64,000 nt of DNA from Lama guanicoe. Lineage: Eukaryota. Of the stretch, positions 61,946 to 64,000 are shown piece by piece. The DNA is taken from contig MU053881.1 in assembly GCA_013239625.1 (NCBI GenBank), positions 12,290,879 through 12,354,878 on the forward strand, written 5' to 3'. The position numbers and the translations under genes are program-made. The notes under the pieces are model-generated. The model ran no database searches, was not told where the DNA came from, and saw nothing but the letters and a program-made list of their open reading frames with translations. Every line of letters begins with the position of its first letter. The stretch's first letter is position 1.

Positions 61946-62784
61946 TGGAAGGGATGGGGGAATCTGCTCTGTTATGCATTTTAAACAAACAACAAAAAAC
62001 ACTTGAAGACTATAAAACAATAAAACTAGCATGTAATCGAAGTGTACAACCTGCTTGCTAGAAAACACTTTTCATAAAGTGTCAGATGTGCATGAAGAGA
62101 TTCCCCATATATATGTATAAAATAAATGCACAGAAACGAAAATATTTCTGTTGCATTTTATAAAATGCTTTGTCTCACTTGATCTCAATGGAGTCTCCTA
62201 ACTTCCCTGAGATGAAAATTAAGTCCTATTTTCCTATTTTACAGCTATAGGTACGAAGTTCAGAGATGACCTGGGGCAAGTCACATGGGTGCACAAGGCT
62301 ACTTAAATTCTCTATTCACTTTCCTCCACCAAAAAGCATTTCCTTCTTTTATTGTAACAAATGAATTCTCCTGGTCGTTCACCATGTTTCCTAAGGATGG
62401 GGGTAAATGCTATCCTCCAGAGCTCCTTGCTGGTTTGTTTGCTGTCTGCAGACCTTTCCTTCATTCACGAATTAACAGCTTGTCCTCATATTAACCAGAT
62501 GGATGGCTGCACCTGGTTAATTGGAGTTGTAAGATGGATAAGTAGATTAAAGAGCACGGTGGCTGGAGTGCTCACTGCTGGCCAGACATAATTAAGAAAG
62601 CAGGAATGAGCGGATTCTACTGAGGCTTCAGCGAGGGAAAGGCTCAGTGGACTGATTTCCTGGAACTGCTTCAACTGCTAAATTATGAGAAGCCCTCCTC
62701 GCTGCCGCACTGGGAGAACGTTGAAATTCTGCTGCTGAGAAGGCACAAATTCTCCTCTTTCCCTGAGATGTTCAGCATTTAAAT

Positions 62785-63390
62785 CAATGTTTCTCAGAGT
62801 GTGTCTATTGACCACCTATCTCAGAATCATCTGAAAGTTTATTAAAAATGCATATTTCTGGACCTCACCCAAAACCGACTAATTTAAGGGGTGGGGGTTG
62901 ATGGTAGTGGCCAGGAGTCTCACCAATAACAACCTTCCTTCTAAAATTGGGAACCACTGATTTATTGCTATCCTCAAATATGTAGTATTTCTAGAATCAC
63001 CTAAAAAAGACTGCACAAATCCATACTTTGTGACCAATAACTCCCCTTGGCTACCAAAATATCCAGCAATTGAATCTCCAAAACCCCAGAAGTCCTTGAC
63101 AAAGCAAAGAATCTATGTCAGAACCCGAGAAGGTTTTATCTCAGAAGCCTTGTGCAACGCTTGTTAGAAATACACATTGCCGGCCTCAGCCCAGAACCAG
63201 TGAATCAGAAATTCTGGGGGCGGAGCACCCTCTGGACAAAGCTGAGGACCACTGCTCTAGACTGGTACTGCTCCACCTTCAGTGCACATATGAACCATCT
63301 GGGGGTCTTGTTAAAATGCAAATTGTTTCACTAGGTTTGGGAGCCAAAAGGCTCCCAAGCGATGTTCATGGACCACACTAGGAGTAGCGA
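62785..63390. mobile_element. three MER5-family MITEs (about 62785-62960, 63140-63255, 63262-63390)
   Basis: Repeated motifs 'ttaaaaatgca', 'tcagaatca', 'gaaccactg' and 'ggaccacact'. Confidence 0.75.
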
Positions 63391-64000
63391 AACTCTAGGT
63401 CATTTATCTAATGTCATGAGAGAAAATTCATATGGAAAAAAAGAAAAAAAAGAGCAGGTCCCCAGGCCTAGGCTGACATGGTCGGTCAACCCACATACTC
63501 CAACCACAGAAAGTGTAGCAGCTAAAACATCACCAGCTGGCTTTGAGCTCCAAGTACTACGGATGCATTTGGCCTGACTGGCCCACAGGCCATCCTCCAT
63601 AAACGCTGACACCCGAGATCACGCATTTTTACGTGACTAGGAAAGGAAGCCAAAAGTGGTTTCGCAAGGATCAAATTCTGGCTTGTCCTCCGTCCGCTAA
63701 TAGGCTCTGGTAAATTGTACCAACTCTCTCTAGAGTGACACTGCGGTGTAGACAGCTCTGGTCAGGGACTTGGGGACCCCCTATTCTCGTCCCAGCTCCT
63801 GTCTCTTCACTGGGCCTTGACTTCCTCACAAACTGAACGATGGATTTGGGACCTTTGCCTGCCCCTGGAAGTCTGCGGTTCGATGGCCCATTCAGTCTTT
63901 TGTATTTATTACACTTGCTGTTCTGCTTCTGGAGCTGAAGACTGTCACTGCGCAACCTTTGCACTTGAGTTCAGTGACAGCACAGTTCTGCTCCTCTGAG

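Noticed and set aside
1..64000. CRISPR array, operon or other prokaryote-type system
   Set aside because: No regularly spaced repeat-spacer array and no dense coding. The repeat content is plainly eutherian.

Overview
This is mammalian non-coding DNA, very likely camelid, because it carries seven copies of a tRNA-Ala-derived SINE matching the camelid Vic-1 family. It is a typical eutherian repeat landscape: L1 fragments of several ages, L2, L3/CR1, MIR, MaLR (MLT1) and ERV solo LTRs, hAT-Charlie DNA transposons (MER5, MER33, a transposase relic) and microsatellites. No intact protein-coding gene is recognisable. The only ORFs with recognisable homology are decayed L1 ORF2 pieces. Most long L1s and LTRs lie on the + strand, which suggests the window is intronic to a large minus-strand gene. 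A CpG island at about 48.1-48.7 kb and several minus-strand exon-like segments fit that reading, but I could not name the gene. I found no convincing novel biological system. The findings are local structural features of modest interest: an inverted SINE pair, an L1 with twin-priming geometry, triple L1 nesting, a fold-back insertion, duplicated E-boxes and candidate microexons. Repeat family names were assigned by eye from remembered consensus motifs, and boundaries are approximate unless a TSD is quoted.
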